NCBI GenBank assembly: GCA_040285855.1
Contig: JAUFOQ010000006.1
Coordinates: 1,054,001-1,118,000 of the forward strand
Source of the DNA: Eukaryota sp. GEM-RC1
Lineage: Eukaryota
Direction: 5' to 3'
Length of the DNA: 64,000 nucleotides
Shown: positions 60,528 through 64,000 of the stretch, piece after piece
Position numbering within the stretch: position 1 is the first letter of the stretch
Layout of the letters: each line of letters starts with the position of its first letter
Position numbers and translations under genes: made by a program
Notes under the pieces: generated by a model
Databases searched by the model: none
Told to the model about the DNA's origin: nothing
The model's input: the letters and a program-made list of their open reading frames with translations, nothing else

Positions 60528-60909
60528 ATGACTGAAGAATTTGATATTCCTAAAGCACAGATCACCCGAATCATCAAATCAGTCTTACCAGAAGGCTCTT
60601 CTGTGGCTAAAGATGCAAGTCTTGCAATAAACCATGCAACAACTACTTTTATCTCTTATATTACTGACATGTGTGTCCTCATTATCTGTTCAACACAGAG
60701 CCACCAGATCTGTTGCAAAAGCTCGTCGATCCACAATTTTACCTGAAGACATAATTAATGCACTGCAAGAAGCAGATTTCCTTGATTTTGCTACTAAATC
60801 ATCACAGTACCTCAGTGAACTGAAACAGAAGAAGAAGGCCTCACAGCCTCCACCAAAACCATCTGATCCTGTGGACGATGAAGTTGAAGTTATAGAAGAT
60901 GTTGCGTAG
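60528..60909 (+). CDS. Histone-fold protein POLE3/DPB4-like (intron 60671-60698)
   Basis: IPKAQITRIIKSVLP...KDA.LAI......FISYIT|IA.......RSTILPEDIINAL. Confidence 0.8.
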
Positions 60910-61379
60910 AGTTGTTGGGCTGCTTCTAGTTATTTCTCTTTCTTTTTTTACGTCTCTATTGTTGTTATCCTATGTTAGTGAGTCTTACTGTTGAGTTTGG
61001 ATCTTTAAGTCCTTTAACAGAGTCTGAAGAAGATAACTAGACTGTTCAGAGTGATTGTTTCTAAGTGTAAACATCAAAATTATACAAATACAAAAACACA
61101 GTTGCTTTTGTAAGAACACAGTAACCATGACTTTAAAACGCCTTTTATTTACAATTCCAAAAACCGAATATCATCAATATTAACAAATGGTATACCCTAC
61201 ATCATGTCTCAATTCAAAAGGCCTCTGCCGGGCTCCAAATTGGTTGTTATCCTCGCTTTTTCGTCATTTTGCCGCTACATAACGTTCTTTAAACCACTAA
61301 TTGATTAGTTTGGTTCTATTAACTGAGCCATCAGATACATAAAAACAATGGATTTGATCTACGATTTTTTTGATTATCA

Positions 61380-62114
61380 ATGACTGCTTCTTCTCTCCTG
61401 TCTGCACTCCAAAAGGCATCATTTTCTGATGAAAAGATTCAGGTTCTCAACTCGTGGTTGACTTCAGGCGCTGGGTACATTCAACCCGTAGAAATTGGTA
61501 AGGTCATCAACTCATTCTCCTTTTCGGATGACAAAATGGAGGCAGTCAAGAGTATTGCTCAATATTACACCAACTTCTCCGTGGAAGATGTGCTCGCTAT
61601 TGTCAAAACGCTCAGCTTTTCCGATGACAAGCTACGTGCAGTTGAAATCCTGGCTCCAAGAATGTGTCAACAGGGATGGGATTGTGAACCTATTGTTTCG
61701 GTCTTTAGCTTCAGTGATGATAAGAAGAAAGCTAGAGATATTTTCTCCAAGGCATCTGGGGCCTATCCTACACAACAACAATGGCAACAACCCGCTGCTC
61801 CACCTCAACAGAATTGGCAACAACCTGGACAGCCTCAACAACAATGGCAACAACCCGCTGCTCCACCTCAACAGAATTGGCAACAACCTGGACAGCCTCA
61901 ACAACAATGGCAACAACCCGCTGCTCCACCTCAACAGAATTGGCAACAACCTGGACAGCCTGATTTCAATGCTTTCGGGCATGCAGTTGGATCAATGTTT
62001 GGTGCGATGGCTGGTGCCATGAATGAAGCTGTGAACAGTATGGACCCTAACAATCCTCATCGAAATCCTCATCAACAGAACCAGAATCCTGGATTCTGGG
62101 GTAACAATTGGTGA
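61380..62114 (+). CDS. DUF4476-like protein with Q/P/W-rich tail
   Basis: Four SFSD(D/E)K helical repeats, then QQQWQQPAAPP repeats. Confidence 0.75.
   Translation: MTASSLLSALQKASFSDEKIQVLNSWLTSGAGYIQPVEIGKVINSFSFSDDKMEAVKSIAQYYTNFSVEDVLAIVKTLSFSDDKLRAVEILAPRMCQQGWDCEPIVSVFSFSDDKKKARDIFSKASGAYPTQQQWQQPAAPPQQNWQQPGQPQQQWQQPAAPPQQNWQQPGQPQQQWQQPAAPPQQNWQQPGQPDFNAFGHAVGSMFGAMAGAMNEAVNSMDPNNPHRNPHQQNQNPGFWGNNW
61773..61961 (+). repeat. Perfect 3 x 63-bp coding tandem repeat
   Basis: Unit encodes QQQWQQPAAPPQQNWQQPGQP. Confidence 0.95.
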
Positions 62115-62174
62115 GTTGTTTCACTTTCCTGTAATTTGAAGAAATAAAATTTTGTGGATAATTTTGATGATTTG

Positions 62175-62792
62175 CCGGTTCGGGTTTAGGTTTCAAACCA
62201 AACCTTTTTTTACTAAACCTAGCTGAACCTAAACCTTTTTTAATAAAACCAAACCAAACCTAAACCTTTAGCTTCAGAACTGTAGGAAAATGAAACACAT
62301 TTAATTTCAATAACCCTCTGACTCTTACATTATATATGAACGATCTTAACGCTTCTATTGACGAGAACTCTTCTGAAATTGAAGTGATGAGTGTAGACAC
62401 AACACAGTTACAGAATTTAGAGCTTCTCTGTCCGATGAAAGTATCCAAGCACTTGTCAGTCTTAAGGATTGGAGACGATTTTTTGAAAAAGATAACTAGC
62501 ACTACCAGTAGTTGTTTGTGATACTCGAGCATTAATAATACAGCTTATCTAGTACTACCGTAAGAACAACTTTATTTTGACGGTGTTCCACTAAACTACA
62601 GTGTATTTTCAATTCATAATACAGATCGGGTTTTCTAGGTTTGAACCTAAACCTTTTTTTACAAAACCTAGCTGAACCTAAACCTAAAACTTAAAAACCT
62701 AGCTGAACCTAAACCCATTTTTGGAAAACCAAACCAAACCTAAACCAGGTTTGGGGTTTGAAACTTTTGAAACCCGAACCTGCACAGTCCTA
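62175..62792. mobile_element. hAT-type non-autonomous element with truncated left TIR
   Basis: TSD ATGATTTG (62167-62174, 62793-62800), GGTTCGGGTTT / AAACCCGAACC ends, AAACC/GAACCT subterminal repeats. Confidence 0.75.
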
Positions 62793-63389
62793 ATGATTTG
62801 GTCTTTATTGTGGAGATCAATTTAGTTTTACACTGACGAACAAAATTTCATCATACTAACAACACTATCTTTTTCGAAACAAATGAGGTTTATGATCTAG
62901 ATCAATACAGAGAAATTTGGATTCGACTTTATTGGGCACACTTTTTGTGTACTCAAAAGGTAACCGGAAATCTTGTTTTCATGATCCTAACAAGAAATTA
63001 CATGTCCATATATTTTGTCTGTGATAGTTGCTTAACAGAAATTTCCGAATTACTCATCAAAATACTTTGATAGTGTGGATTTCAATGGATTTAAAGGAGA
63101 GTTGTGGCATTAATTAATCTTATTTCGCAAGTAGATCCTTTACTGGTAAATGATCATCAGTGGAACTACGATGAGATTTCGTTGTTATTTATGGCCGCAC
63201 AATTTGTCAAATGATCTTCAATGAAGCTGTGTAAAACAATTGACGTTTTTCATTTGTTAAGTTGTAACCGATACATAACATATTTTAAAAGATCAAATAT
63301 TGTACATACTATGTGTAGTTCCTACAAAATTAAATCTTTTGCTGATCGACTTCTAAATTCTTACAATTAATAATTCTACTTTAAGGTGG

Positions 63390-63465
63390 AAACCATGTGC
63401 TTTAAGCATGGAATAACTAGAATCTCGTACACCATCATGAATTACTGAACGTGAATGAATAATTA
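63390..63465 (-). mobile_element. Small internal remnant of RLE retroelement
   Basis: Near-match to ~52000-52070 (VIHDGVRDS.YSMLKAHGF). Confidence 0.7.
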
Positions 63466-64000
63466 CTCATCAATTGACAGTCACTAACCAAAGTATCTAA
63501 AATACAGATTTGTGCAATCGACTCAAAGAGTGCATTCATGAACTACGGTATCAAAGTAGGTTCGGTTAAACTAAAAGCCTTCTTATAAGTACCGTTGAAA
63601 TAGACCAGCTTACGACTGCTGATAAGATGTATGCACACAAATTGCAGCTATAAATCCACGACGACACAATAATATTGTCTTACCGGAACAGTACCCTTAG
63701 TATATTTACTATTACTCTTTACATGCTTCAAGAGAACAATACAGTCTTGTACGGTATCTTTATATGGAAATTTTGGTTCTTCAACTAAGGAGTTTCTAGA
63801 CTTGTTTGATCAAATTTGTTGCCGATTCATCAAATTTTGAATACAAACTTTGAGTGAGTCTAGCAACATTTTTAAATATATAATAGTGATAAACTGTGTT
63901 CAGACTTTAGTGAAGTTCGAACACGGCCCGTTAGAAGAGTATATTTGTTTTTTCACTCTTTATGACAATGTATAGATGTGCTGATTCCATTTTGGCCCAG

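Noticed and set aside
61216..61232. Second tRNA-Pro (AAAAGGCCTCTGCCGGG)
   Set aside because: Only ~17 nt resemble the tRNA 3' end; no cloverleaf.
62175..62792. Interstitial telomeric or CRISPR-like repeats (AAACCT)
   Set aside because: Irregular subterminal repeats inside a TSD-flanked element; no repeat-spacer periodicity.

Overview
Compact, AT-rich eukaryotic (protist) nuclear DNA read in the standard genetic code. Dense blocks of housekeeping genes (RPL36, RPL7, RPL14, RPS28, NMD3, COPB, CCDC22, FPGS, dolichol kinase, ataxin-2, SNAPC3-like, POC5, B9D2, CEP43-like, POLE3-like, tRNA-Pro) alternate with transposon-rich blocks. Basal-body genes imply a flagellate. The tiny introns with a branch point next to the 3' splice site are compatible with a metamonad-like lineage, but that is inference only. 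Main observations: (1) six 28-31 nt GT-AG introns with an invariant T(-9)/A(-7) branch-like motif, one in the RPL7 5' UTR; (2) a fully bounded 2.1-kb DD34E IS630/Tc1 element carrying a second, convergent ORF of unknown function, nested in an ~80-bp hAT MITE; (3) many hAT-type elements with 8-bp TSDs (63 bp to 1.9 kb) and several nested insertions; (4) 5'-truncated RLE-type non-LTR retrotransposon fragments; (5) three paralogous F-box-like/RI-type LRR genes; (6) two unexplained structured-RNA candidates; (7) head-to-head gene pairs 27-100 bp apart. Many conserved genes carry single-base frameshifts in homopolymers, best explained as uncorrected long-read errors.
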